The notes under the pieces were generated by a model, which was not told where the DNA came from, searched no databases, and worked only from the letters and a program-made list of their open reading frames with translations. Of a DNA stretch of 64,000 nucleotides, positions 18,344 to 26,918 are shown piece after piece; within the stretch, counting starts at the first letter, position 1; the number at the start of each line of letters is the position of its first letter. This stretch comes from a virus. The stretch lies in IMG/VR virus record IMGVR_UViG_3300032334_001923, positions 1 to 64,000 of that record; one strand, 5' to 3'. Position numbers and translations under genes: made by a program.

Positions 18344-19429
18344 ATGAATGACAGAGTAAACGTTTCTCCAGAAGAAATACTAAGACAAAAAGAATTAGAC
18401 GGTGGCCTAGTTTATGACGATCCACAAGATCTAATCCAACCAAATCCGATCCAGCAGGAAATCCCACCGGCGGCAAAACCTGTTGAAAGAATACCTGACC
18501 CAGTAATGCCTAGAATCCCACAACAAAATCAACAAGAAGAAGAAGTCCCAACATCTCTTGGCAAGGCTCAATCTTTTGGTTCACCATTAGCGGGTGACAA
18601 TGGATGGAAAAATCTTCCGGTCTCTGTTCTTCCTTCACAGGGTATGTTCTATCCGGAGGGAACAAAAATGGCTATTCGTGCTGCTGAAGTTAAGGAGATT
18701 AGACACTTCTCTACCATCGACGAAGACGATAGATTGGATATAGAAGAAAAGCTCAGCTACGTGCTCGATAGGTGCCTAAGAATTGATTTTCCAGGAGAGG
18801 GTGTAGTTTCTTACAAAGATTTAAAACAGGAAGACCGATTCTTCCTTATTATGGCCATTCGGGATCTAACCTTCGTAAAGGGAGAGAATTCCATAATGCT
18901 AAAACCTAAAAAAACCTGCAAAGAAACCCCAGAGTGTCCTTTTACGAATGGGATAGAGCTTAGAACTGGAGCTTTATCTTCATATTCATTGGAAGACAAA
19001 ATACTTCAATATTACAATAGTAGCACAAGATCTTTTGTTTTTACTATAAAAAAGACCGGGAAATCTATCGAGATGTTTATTCCTAGCATAGGAGTAAGTC
19101 AACAGATAACCTCTTATATAGCTGAAGCAGCAAGGAAGAGCATCAGTATAGACGATGGCTTTCTACAGATATCCCCGTTTCTCTTTGATGACTGGAGATC
19201 TCTAACTTTTGATTCTTTTTTTGCAAAAATGAGAGAGTGTGACTATTGGGCAAAAGAGGAATATAGCATTTATTTTGAACTTTCGGAAAGAATAAAGGTT
19301 GGAACAAAAATGAACGTTAAACAAAAATGCCCAATTTGCGGTGATGAGGAGGTCACCGCTGATATCACATTTCCCTCGGGGATACGATCTCTTTTCCTTA
19401 TTTCAGATATCTTTGGAGAACTTCTTTGA
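18344..19429 (+). CDS. gp26: Baseplate hub assembly protein (T4 gp26-like) with Pro/Gln-rich N-terminus
   Basis: LPSQGMFY, IRAAEVKE, DLKQEDRFFLIMAIR, two Cys pairs (CKETPEC, CPICG). Confidence 0.65.
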   Translation: MNDRVNVSPEEILRQKELDGGLVYDDPQDLIQPNPIQQEIPPAAKPVERIPDPVMPRIPQQNQQEEEVPTSLGKAQSFGSPLAGDNGWKNLPVSVLPSQGMFYPEGTKMAIRAAEVKEIRHFSTIDEDDRLDIEEKLSYVLDRCLRIDFPGEGVVSYKDLKQEDRFFLIMAIRDLTFVKGENSIMLKPKKTCKETPECPFTNGIELRTGALSSYSLEDKILQYYNSSTRSFVFTIKKTGKSIEMFIPSIGVSQQITSYIAEAARKSISIDDGFLQISPFLFDDWRSLTFDSFFAKMRECDYWAKEEYSIYFELSERIKVGTKMNVKQKCPICGDEEVTADITFPSGIRSLFLISDIFGELL

Positions 19430-19610
19430 TATTAAATTTAGACTTTGGGACGAGCATAAACTAAACCCTGAATGGATAGAAAACATCCCCTTCTACGAAT
19501 ATCAGATATGGATAGATAAGATTAACGAAGGTATAGAAAGGAAGAATCAGGAAGCTTTAGAAGAAGATGGTAAAAAACAGGTGTTTAGTTTCACTAAACC
19601 TTCGTCCTAA
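19413..19610 (+). CDS. Small baseplate hub/tail assembly protein (cyanophage gp51-like); TTG start or frameshift-fused to the upstream gene
   Basis: LENFFDIKFRLWDEHKL..IENIPFYEYQIW resembles the cyanophage gp51 pattern; overlaps the gp26 stop in the +1 frame. Confidence 0.55.
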   Translation: MENFFDIKFRLWDEHKLNPEWIENIPFYEYQIWIDKINEGIERKNQEALEEDGKKQVFSFTKPSS

Positions 19611-19631
19611 AAATATATACTATGAATTAAA

Positions 19632-21266
19632 ATGGCAGATAATACAAAACAGCTGATAGATCTTAGCCGAAGCATAGATAAGCTCTCGGTAGAGATAAAA
19701 AAGAACACGGAGGCAACTCTCGGTCTTGAAGAAGCTCAGTCTGATTTGTTAGATAAGGGTTCAGCTTCACCTCTTAGCTCTGGCGATGGTCTGAAAGACC
19801 TTAAAGCTCTCACAGATGAGATTAAAAAAATGAATCTGGGTGATATTGCCAAATCTATAAAGGATCTAAATCCAAAAAACATTTCTGATCTCTTAAAAGG
19901 ACCAATTTCCTCAATAGTGGAAGCTACGAAAACAAAAGGTGCTTCTGGTGTCGTTGAGAAAATAGCTGGCGGGGTTGGAAATAAGGGTAAAGGATTCAAC
20001 GTTGGTAAAATACTGGGTGCATTCCAAGAGGGAGGAATAGCAGATGAGAGCGGAAAATATCTTGTTGGTGAAAATGGACCAGAAATTGTTAAACTCCCCA
20101 AAGGGGCAGGAGTTATACCTATCAATATTAAGGATTTAATAGAGGGCCTGACAAAAGTACCGGAATTATCTGATATTGTAAAAGAAAGCAAAGGTACGGT
20201 CAACTTTTTTGGTAATGAATCAAACCCTAGCGTAATAGACAGTAAGGGAAAATTAATAAATCTTAGCACACTTTCGGATAAGTACCAGGATAAAGCAGGG
20301 GAGACTAAGAATAAATCAAAATTGGACGCTATTGATAAAATATTAGAAAATATAGATGCTTTATCAGGAGCTGGAAGCCAGGGGATAGGAAATGAAATTT
20401 CAAGAATTAATCAGGAGGAAGCTTTACTCAACGGTAAATCTAATCTTAGTGGTGAAGATTTAAGAGGTGTGAATAGAATCTGGAATGATATATTACAGAA
20501 TATACGTAAAGATGGTGAATACTATAATCCTTTATCTATAGCTAAGGCTAAACTATTAGCGACTCAAACCTTTGTTAAAGAAAATAAGAAGGGAGAAGAA
20601 GGATCGGTAAAAACTGAAGGGATTTCAGAAGACATAGTAAAGGAAAGCGAAGCAGAATTAAAAAAACAAACTGAGGATCTAAAGAAAGCTCAGGGAGTTA
20701 TAAGTCCTAAAATAACAGGGGAAGAAAAGGGTGAAAGAAAGGAAGCTGGGGCAGAGACAAAAAAATCAAAATTCAAAGAAAAGATAAAAGATGCTTTCCA
20801 AGGAATAAAAGAGAAGGGAGAGAAGCTTATCAAATCAGGAAAAGAAAAATTAAAAGAAGGAGGTGAGACCCTAAAATCAGAAACCGGGGAGCTTTTAGGA
20901 TCTCCTGCTGAAAGAGGATCTTCTAACTTTAAAACATCTATAACTCCTCTTGGAACTGTCAAACCTAAACCTACTGAAACCAGTGCGACAGAAAAAACTT
21001 CTAAAGAGTCTTCAAAAAAATCAAAAGAAGATCTCGGTGATATCTCTGCACCTGCAAAGGAGACTTCGACTAAAACTGGAAAGGAACAAAAACCTGAACC
21101 CTCTAAATCTGGTACCGGTGAGACCTCCCAGATTTCACCTACTGAGCTATCAAAGGATCTCTCTGAAATTAAAGTTATATTAACGAGAATAGCAGCATCT
21201 CTAGACGGTCCTTTGGAGTTTTCCCAAATAGAAAGCCCGTTTAGACCGAACTCCAGAAAAGTTTAA
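19632..21266 (+). CDS. Tape-measure-related protein
   Basis: FQEGG..LVGENGPE motif typical of tape measure proteins; follows the gp26/gp51-like genes; AATATATA at 19612. Confidence 0.5.
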   Translation: MADNTKQLIDLSRSIDKLSVEIKKNTEATLGLEEAQSDLLDKGSASPLSSGDGLKDLKALTDEIKKMNLGDIAKSIKDLNPKNISDLLKGPISSIVEATKTKGASGVVEKIAGGVGNKGKGFNVGKILGAFQEGGIADESGKYLVGENGPEIVKLPKGAGVIPINIKDLIEGLTKVPELSDIVKESKGTVNFFGNESNPSVIDSKGKLINLSTLSDKYQDKAGETKNKSKLDAIDKILENIDALSGAGSQGIGNEISRINQEEALLNGKSNLSGEDLRGVNRIWNDILQNIRKDGEYYNPLSIAKAKLLATQTFVKENKKGEEGSVKTEGISEDIVKESEAELKKQTEDLKKAQGVISPKITGEEKGERKEAGAETKKSKFKEKIKDAFQGIKEKGEKLIKSGKEKLKEGGETLKSETGELLGSPAERGSSNFKTSITPLGTVKPKPTETSATEKTSKESSKKSKEDLGDISAPAKETSTKTGKEQKPEPSKSGTGETSQISPTELSKDLSEIKVILTRIAASLDGPLEFSQIESPFRPNSRKV

Positions 21267-21290
21267 GAAATAAAAAAAATATTTCTCTGA

Positions 21291-21325
21291 AATTTTTTTT
21301 ATTTCGATATTTTATCTTATATTTG
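21291..21325 (+). promoter_or_regulatory. Putative early promoter (Bacteroidota housekeeping sigma type)
   Basis: AATTTTTTTTATTTCG-N11-TATATTTG (TAnnTTTG -7 element). Confidence 0.75.
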
Positions 21326-21342
21326 CTTCGTAAAATATATTT

Positions 21343-21954
21343 ATGTCCTATAATGCACATCACGGTCGTACCTTATTCGAAAGCTTTTCTGATATAACCA
21401 CACCTGAATTTATTTCCATTCCCAATTGGAAAATCACAAAAATACAAGAGGGAGGTGCTATGGGTATTTGGGATAAATCAGAGGTTCTTTTTTCTGACGC
21501 TCTCTCAATACACGGGGATGCTAAGTCATTAAAAATGGATTTGATATATTTGGAAATGTCAGACGTATGGGGAAAGAATTCTCATTGTAAAAGAATGCAG
21601 GTTGGCTGTTTAATGGTAAAGAATAAATCTATCATATCGGACGGATATAACGGATCTCCCTCTGGGTTTCCTAATGTTTGCGAGGATCGTGATATGATAA
21701 CTCTTCCTTATGTTCTCCACGCAGAGGCAAATGCAATAACAAAACTAGCTAAAAGTACACAAAGTTCAGATGGATCTACTCTATATGTAACTCTATCACC
21801 ATGCTTTGAATGTTCTAAGCTCATAATACAATCTGGAATAAAAAGAGTAGTATTCTCCCAGGTTTATAGAAATCCCGGATCCATTCCATTTTTAGTTGAA
21901 GCAGGAGTTGAGGTTGTTAGAATATCTAATGTGAAAAATATATTCGTAAATTAA
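21343..21954 (+). CDS. dCMP deaminase (ComEB-like) with N-terminal extension
   Basis: CKRMQVGC, GYNGSP, HAEANAI, TLSPCFEC. Confidence 0.93.
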   Translation: MSYNAHHGRTLFESFSDITTPEFISIPNWKITKIQEGGAMGIWDKSEVLFSDALSIHGDAKSLKMDLIYLEMSDVWGKNSHCKRMQVGCLMVKNKSIISDGYNGSPSGFPNVCEDRDMITLPYVLHAEANAITKLAKSTQSSDGSTLYVTLSPCFECSKLIIQSGIKRVVFSQVYRNPGSIPFLVEAGVEVVRISNVKNIFVN

Positions 21955-21971
21955 ATAATTAAATTAAATAT

Positions 21972-22580
21972 ATGCAATCGAAGGAAAAAAATATTCAAAA
22001 ATTAGCTGAGGATTTTATTGTAAATAAAAGTGATAAGTCTTTTAAAGACCTGTTTGAGAGATTAAAACCAGGAGTGTCTAATCATTGTTTTTTAATTTTA
22101 AAGGACATTGAACTTGCTGAAGACGCTTTTCTTAACACGATGTCCAAGATTTGGACCAAAATAGATCAATATGATTTAGAAAGAGGTAATTTTTCTACGT
22201 GGTGTTATAATATAGCTAGAAACGAATCTCTTTTGCTTATGAAGTCAAGAAAGAGATATTTAAGCCATCAGGATAGCGATTTGGAATTTCTTTCCTCCAA
22301 AAATACTATTGGAAGCTTGGGTGGTTTTTATGTTATTGAAGAGGATCCTAGATACGCATTTTATTCAGAGGAAAATAAAACAGACGAAGTTTACGAATCT
22401 GTTTTGGACGAGATTAGAGCTCTTCCCGAACTTTATAGAGATATAATGATAGATCGAGAAATAAACGGAATGAAATACAAGGATATTGCGGAGAAATACG
22501 ATATTAAAAAGAGATCTATTGCCACAAGGATAAGAAGAGCTAGATGTAGAATCAGGAAGGAGATGGACAAGAAACAATAA
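21972..22580 (+). CDS. ECF-type sigma-70 family RNA polymerase sigma factor
   Basis: Region 2 AEDAFLNT..IW..GNFSTWCYNIARN; region 4 ALPELYR..GMKYKDIAEKY..IATRIRRAR. Confidence 0.9.
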   Translation: MQSKEKNIQKLAEDFIVNKSDKSFKDLFERLKPGVSNHCFLILKDIELAEDAFLNTMSKIWTKIDQYDLERGNFSTWCYNIARNESLLLMKSRKRYLSHQDSDLEFLSSKNTIGSLGGFYVIEEDPRYAFYSEENKTDEVYESVLDEIRALPELYRDIMIDREINGMKYKDIAEKYDIKKRSIATRIRRARCRIRKEMDKKQ

Positions 22581-22600
22581 AACTGGTTGGTACTATAAAA
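22571..22600 (+). promoter_or_regulatory. Putative middle promoter
   Basis: GAAAC-N17-CTATAAAA. Confidence 0.65.
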
Positions 22601-22613
22601 TAATAAACCCAAG

Positions 22614-23030
22614 ATGTTAAGACTTTTTAAAGTTATAAAGGAACTAAAAGTGTACCGGGATTACTTAAGAATCATTAAGAAGGAATCTCAGGAATCACCT
22701 CTTTGGTCTAGAAGAAGACTTAGAGTAGATTTTCTTGGCCGGATTTACACTGTTATCAATCTTCCACCTGAGGTTATATTTTCAAATGATCTTCCTAAGG
22801 AAGCTAGGCCCTCATTCGTAATGAATGACGTCAAGCCAATTAACGAATACCTCAAATCCCTTAATCTTGAGGAAGTATTAACTGTCTATGCAGAACCGGT
22901 AAAAGATACAAGGGAGGAATCATATCTGGTTGTTTATCAATATGTTTTTAGATATCTAACATGGCTTTGGCTTCTCAGATTTTTATTAGAGTTGTCTGCT
23001 ATTATTTTCTGCATCGTAAAATTTTTATAA
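22614..23030 (+). CDS. Hypothetical protein with C-terminal transmembrane segment
   Basis: Ends LTWLWLLRFLLELSAIIFCIVKFL. Confidence 0.6.
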   Translation: MLRLFKVIKELKVYRDYLRIIKKESQESPLWSRRRLRVDFLGRIYTVINLPPEVIFSNDLPKEARPSFVMNDVKPINEYLKSLNLEEVLTVYAEPVKDTREESYLVVYQYVFRYLTWLWLLRFLLELSAIIFCIVKFL

Positions 23031-23033
23031 TTA

Positions 23034-23840
23034 ATGGACGTTAGACTCTTAAGTGCAAAGTCTGAGATAGAGAGAAAGCTAGAGATTTTTAATGATCGCA
23101 AGTTCACCTTTGAGGAGGGACCTCATATTTATAAATATGACGGAAAAAAATTTGACTCTGTAACAACATTCCTAAAAAAATTTAAAGTTCCCTTCGACAG
23201 GGAATATTGGTCTAAAAAAAAGGCAGAGGAACGTGGTGTCGATCAAGCTGTTATCTTGGAAGAATGGAACACAAAGTCTGTTAAGTCAATGGATGTTGGA
23301 ACCTCGGTACATAAGTACATAGAGGATTTCTGGAGCCAAAGAAATCCGGAAATTCCAGAGGATGTTGACGTAAGGGAAAGAGTTGAGAAATTCATAGATT
23401 TTTATAACAAAAAACTCCACGTATTCCATCCATTAAAATCGGAGCTTAGAGTTTTTTCTAAGAGATGGAGATTGTCTGGTACTATAGACCAGCCTCTTCT
23501 ATTTTGGGATGATAAGTTAGATAAGCCATTTTTGGTTATAGGTGACTGGAAAACCAATGGTGAATTCAAAGATGATCTACATCCTAAAGGGAAATATAAA
23601 AAGCTTCTAAGACCTTTCTCCCATCTTTGGGAGAATCATCACAACGAATATTCTATCCAAATAAGTCTTTATCGTCTAATTCTCGAAGAAGAGGCTAACA
23701 TAGAAACCCAAAGTGGATTCCTCTGTCATATCGGTCCAGACGGTCCTCCTAAACTATACCCTGCAAAAGATCTCAGAGAACCACTAAAGGCTTATCTGGA
23801 GGATAATAGAGTTGAATTTGATATTTTTGATATCTCATAG
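23034..23840 (+). CDS. PD-(D/E)xK exonuclease (RecB/Cas4-like family)
   Basis: SVTT, GTSVHKYIE, SGTID, GDWKT, YSIQISLY. Confidence 0.85.
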   Translation: MDVRLLSAKSEIERKLEIFNDRKFTFEEGPHIYKYDGKKFDSVTTFLKKFKVPFDREYWSKKKAEERGVDQAVILEEWNTKSVKSMDVGTSVHKYIEDFWSQRNPEIPEDVDVRERVEKFIDFYNKKLHVFHPLKSELRVFSKRWRLSGTIDQPLLFWDDKLDKPFLVIGDWKTNGEFKDDLHPKGKYKKLLRPFSHLWENHHNEYSIQISLYRLILEEEANIETQSGFLCHIGPDGPPKLYPAKDLREPLKAYLEDNRVEFDIFDIS

Positions 23841-23869
23841 AAACAATTTTGAAGAAATAAACTAAAAAT
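23840..23869 (+). promoter_or_regulatory. Putative middle promoter
   Basis: GAAAC-N17-CTAAAAAT. Confidence 0.6.
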
Positions 23870-23885
23870 ATAAAAAGTATAAAAC

Positions 23886-24422
23886 ATGTCTAAGGAAAAA
23901 ACTACAATGGAAGCTCCAGGAGCATCAGAATCAACGGAATTTGCTACACTAGAGGATGTAAACATCCCAGGTCTTGATATTCCTCAATCTTCGATTGATG
24001 AGGGCAAGATCAAACTTTTAGAGGACGCTATTAAATCTAAAAAAGAGGAGATTAAAAATAAGCTCTATGCGGTCAGTATGACGGACGAGAGTTTTAAAAA
24101 GTTTGGGGATTTCATTGAAAACGAAGCTGAATGGACTGGGACTGAATCTCTAGGAATAAAAGAGGTTCACAAACAAATTCAAAAAATCAAGAAAGAAGGT
24201 GGAGTTAAAAACTCTGTTATTTTCTTGGGAGCTTTGCCTCTAGAAGCTAGCCACTACTTTATCTCTAAATCAAAAGGTAAAGGACTTAAACAGGCTGAAG
24301 AATTCCTATCGATCTATAAGCCTTTAGATCAGGCTATTAGCGATGCTAAAAAGGATGCAATGGAGATTAAGGATCTTGATAAACAATTGGCTGCAGCTAT
24401 GCAGGGAATTGAACTAGCATAA
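23886..24422 (+). CDS. Hypothetical protein
   Basis: 178-aa ORF between a promoter and a terminator. Confidence 0.6.
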   Translation: MSKEKTTMEAPGASESTEFATLEDVNIPGLDIPQSSIDEGKIKLLEDAIKSKKEEIKNKLYAVSMTDESFKKFGDFIENEAEWTGTESLGIKEVHKQIQKIKKEGGVKNSVIFLGALPLEASHYFISKSKGKGLKQAEEFLSIYKPLDQAISDAKKDAMEIKDLDKQLAAAMQGIELA

Positions 24423-24443
24423 TCCATACCTATAAAAACACCT

Positions 24444-24474
24444 AAAAGCTGGATATAAATTGTCCGGCTTTTTT
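24444..24474 (+). terminator. Intrinsic terminator
   Basis: AAAAGCTGGA...TCCGGCTTTT stem followed by T. Confidence 0.75.
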
Positions 24475-24490
24475 GTTGCTCTAAAATATA

Positions 24491-24498
24491 GATATATA
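24491..24498 (+). promoter_or_regulatory. Putative late promoter GATATATA
   Basis: 18 nt before ATG 24517. Confidence 0.7.
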
Positions 24499-24516
24499 GT
24501 TAAAATACATAAAATC

Positions 24517-24828
24517 ATGAAAATACTAGAAAAAATCAAGGCTAATTCAGGGATTATAACCCTTGCACTTTGTGCTATTTTATTTCTAAGACAATGCGGT
24601 ATTAGCAGGGATCAATCTAAGATCACTAAATCTATTAAGTCAATCGAGAGTAGATTGGATTCTATTCCAAACTCGGCAGACCTAGACCGAATGATTAAGA
24701 TAGAGGGACTTAAATCATCTAAAAGAGTTCTGTATGATTGGAATTCTGTCGTGAGAACTGCGGTTAGACCTGATGACAGAATGAATGAATATGATAACGA
24801 GATAGATAAACTAGAAAAAAAGAAGTAA
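24517..24828 (+). CDS. Membrane-anchored coiled-coil protein (start revised to 24517)
   Basis: IITLALCAILFL hydrophobic anchor; ATG downstream of the late promoter. Confidence 0.6.
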   Translation: MKILEKIKANSGIITLALCAILFLRQCGISRDQSKITKSIKSIESRLDSIPNSADLDRMIKIEGLKSSKRVLYDWNSVVRTAVRPDDRMNEYDNEIDKLEKKK

Positions 24829-24847
24829 TTCATTAGAACTGAAATAT

Positions 24848-25669
24848 ATGGAAAAGAAAAATAAACTCGTACACTGGTTCATAATATCGACCTTTGTGAG
24901 CTTATATTTGATAGTTTCGATTATCTCGACTATCCACGTTATACAATTCTTCCAGCTTTCAAATCCTTCGTGGCTTGCTATATCGCTGGCTTTAGCTTTT
25001 GAGGTTGGTGCAGCTGCATCACTTTCTTCTATTATAGTGATGGAAAAGATGAATAAGTTCTTAGTTTGGACCCTCTTCATTCTTCTTACTGCAATGCAGG
25101 CTATGGGTAACACTTATTACGCATATACCCACCTTAACGATTTCCAGGGATGGGTTGAACTGTTTGGACTGGTTGACGAGGACTTGCTATATCAGAAAAG
25201 AATTCTTTCTATAATCAGTGGTGCTATATTACCCTTAGTTTCTTTGGGTTTTATTAAATCCCTAGTTGACTACGTTAAGCCTTCGAATGAAACTATAAAC
25301 GATATAGCAGAAAAACAAGATGAAACACCAGACATCCAGAAGATAGATCTCGGAACATCAGAAACTGAGGATGTTAAAATCTCTGATGATAACCAGCAAA
25401 CCCAAGAAGAGATTTTAGAGGTAAATTCTAATTCATCTGAGTTATCTCAGGAAGAAGACGATTCTACCATTAATGGTGAATCTACAGAAAAAGAGGAGAT
25501 TAAAGAGGAGACAAACGAAGGTCCTATCGATGATACGATATTGGAAATAGGATATAAAGTTGGTCCTCCTGATAACGAAATCCAGCCAGCTAATAGCAAC
25601 AGACCAGATTACATAACGGACGATCCTGTATTAAGACACAAGATGAAATTAAAAAGGGATACTCCTTAA
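24848..25669 (+). CDS. Multi-pass membrane protein with acidic C-terminal tail
   Basis: Four hydrophobic segments in the first ~140 aa, then an E/D-rich region. Confidence 0.65.
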   Translation: MEKKNKLVHWFIISTFVSLYLIVSIISTIHVIQFFQLSNPSWLAISLALAFEVGAAASLSSIIVMEKMNKFLVWTLFILLTAMQAMGNTYYAYTHLNDFQGWVELFGLVDEDLLYQKRILSIISGAILPLVSLGFIKSLVDYVKPSNETINDIAEKQDETPDIQKIDLGTSETEDVKISDDNQQTQEEILEVNSNSSELSQEEDDSTINGESTEKEEIKEETNEGPIDDTILEIGYKVGPPDNEIQPANSNRPDYITDDPVLRHKMKLKRDTP

Positions 25670-25686
25670 AAATAAGATTTAATAAA

Positions 25687-26355
25687 TTGGCAGATCAAGA
25701 TCCAGCACAGATACCTAACTTCGACGGAGGAACCTCAGTAGGAACGGGTAATGATTTTACAGGAGGAGATTCCACATATCCTTTTGCCCCCATAGGACAG
25801 ACTGGTGGGGAATTTCTTACCAACTACACAAACGTTGCCAAGACAAAAGCTGACTTTCCGAGGATAAATGCAACATTTAGAGATTTCAACGAGCCAGCCA
25901 AGGTAAGATTTATAGATCAAAGCTTAAAAGTAACACAGCAGGCAGATACCCTGGATTTCTTAAATCTCGTAGAATTCTTCCATCCGCTGCAAAGTTTTTC
26001 TGAATATGAAAAACAAACCTTTGTTATAGCTCCAACAACTTCTGTGAATTTTGACTCTTCCTCTTTTTCCACCACCAATGGCGAGGTCTCTATGATTATA
26101 GCTAGAGCATACTACCTACCAGAGTCCACTCAGAGAAATCTATTCTGGGATTACAAAGGGGCGGAGAGAAATCTTATGGGTCAGTTCATGGTTTTAACTG
26201 GAGCTGTTAAAGAGGGATACCCTTGGAATGGATGGGATTTAGATCCTTTCTCTACCTACGGTCACACTGGGCCTGCTAATATAGCAGAGGGAGGTCTCAC
26301 TTTCACCAATCCAACAGATATGAACGTGAAACTAACAATAATAGTAGCAAGTTAA
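25687..26355 (+). CDS. Hypothetical (probable virion) protein, paralog of the next gene
   Basis: MGQFMVLTGA..GW..GG.TFTNP.DM..KL.I.VA shared with 26358..26843. Confidence 0.55.
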   Translation: MADQDPAQIPNFDGGTSVGTGNDFTGGDSTYPFAPIGQTGGEFLTNYTNVAKTKADFPRINATFRDFNEPAKVRFIDQSLKVTQQADTLDFLNLVEFFHPLQSFSEYEKQTFVIAPTTSVNFDSSSFSTTNGEVSMIIARAYYLPESTQRNLFWDYKGAERNLMGQFMVLTGAVKEGYPWNGWDLDPFSTYGHTGPANIAEGGLTFTNPTDMNVKLTIIVAS

Positions 26356-26357
26356 TA

Positions 26358-26843
26358 ATGGCAACACAACCAATCATATGTCCAGTACCGGAAGTTCCTG
26401 GATTTGAGTTTTTCAGGGGTAATTTAGTTTTAGATGACGGGACCCAATCATTTCCACCAATCTACATGATGCTTAAAGACATGGTGGAGGACGTAAACGC
26501 TTTTTCAAAAAGCAAGGTGACTGTAAAATCGGGTAATTGCTTCCTTTTAAGTCAGACTGACATCGGTGATAACCTAGGTTATGTGTCTTTTATAGCCGTT
26601 AAAGCAACGTACCCTTCTAGCACTTTAGAATCTAAGAAGTATATGACCTGGGAGTATGAGGGTATCACCTACAATATGGGAACCTTAATGGTTCTTTCAG
26701 GGGCCAGAATTTCTGCTGTAAATTCAACTTACGAGGGATGGCTTTTATCAAAACCTGGCACTTATTCACAGGGAGGAGGAATAGTATTTTGCAATCCTCA
26801 CACTGATATGGACATAAAACTTGAAATATTAGTGGCCAGATGA
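26358..26843 (+). CDS. Hypothetical (probable virion) protein
   Basis: MGTLMVLSGA..GW..GGIVFCNPHTDMDIKLEILVA. Confidence 0.55.
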   Translation: MATQPIICPVPEVPGFEFFRGNLVLDDGTQSFPPIYMMLKDMVEDVNAFSKSKVTVKSGNCFLLSQTDIGDNLGYVSFIAVKATYPSSTLESKKYMTWEYEGITYNMGTLMVLSGARISAVNSTYEGWLLSKPGTYSQGGGIVFCNPHTDMDIKLEILVAR

Positions 26844-26895
26844 TAAAAACCCATAGCATTTTAAATATATACTAGAAAGTTTCCGTCCTTACGAG

Positions 26896-26903
26896 GATAT
26901 ATA
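26896..26903 (+). promoter_or_regulatory. Putative late promoter GATATATA
   Basis: 15 nt before ATG 26919. Confidence 0.7.
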
Positions 26904-26918
26904 ATCAGATTAAAAAAA

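Noticed and set aside
19736-20269. Minus-strand ORFs such as 19736..20269, 39010..39462, 50805..51257 and 61633..62022
   Set aside because: Antisense shadows of well-supported + strand genes; Ser/Leu/Phe-rich composition mirrors Lys/Glu-rich sense codons
23034-23840. Cas4 of a CRISPR system
   Set aside because: No Fe-S cysteine cluster, no other cas genes and no array; a stand-alone PD-(D/E)xK exonuclease is common in phages
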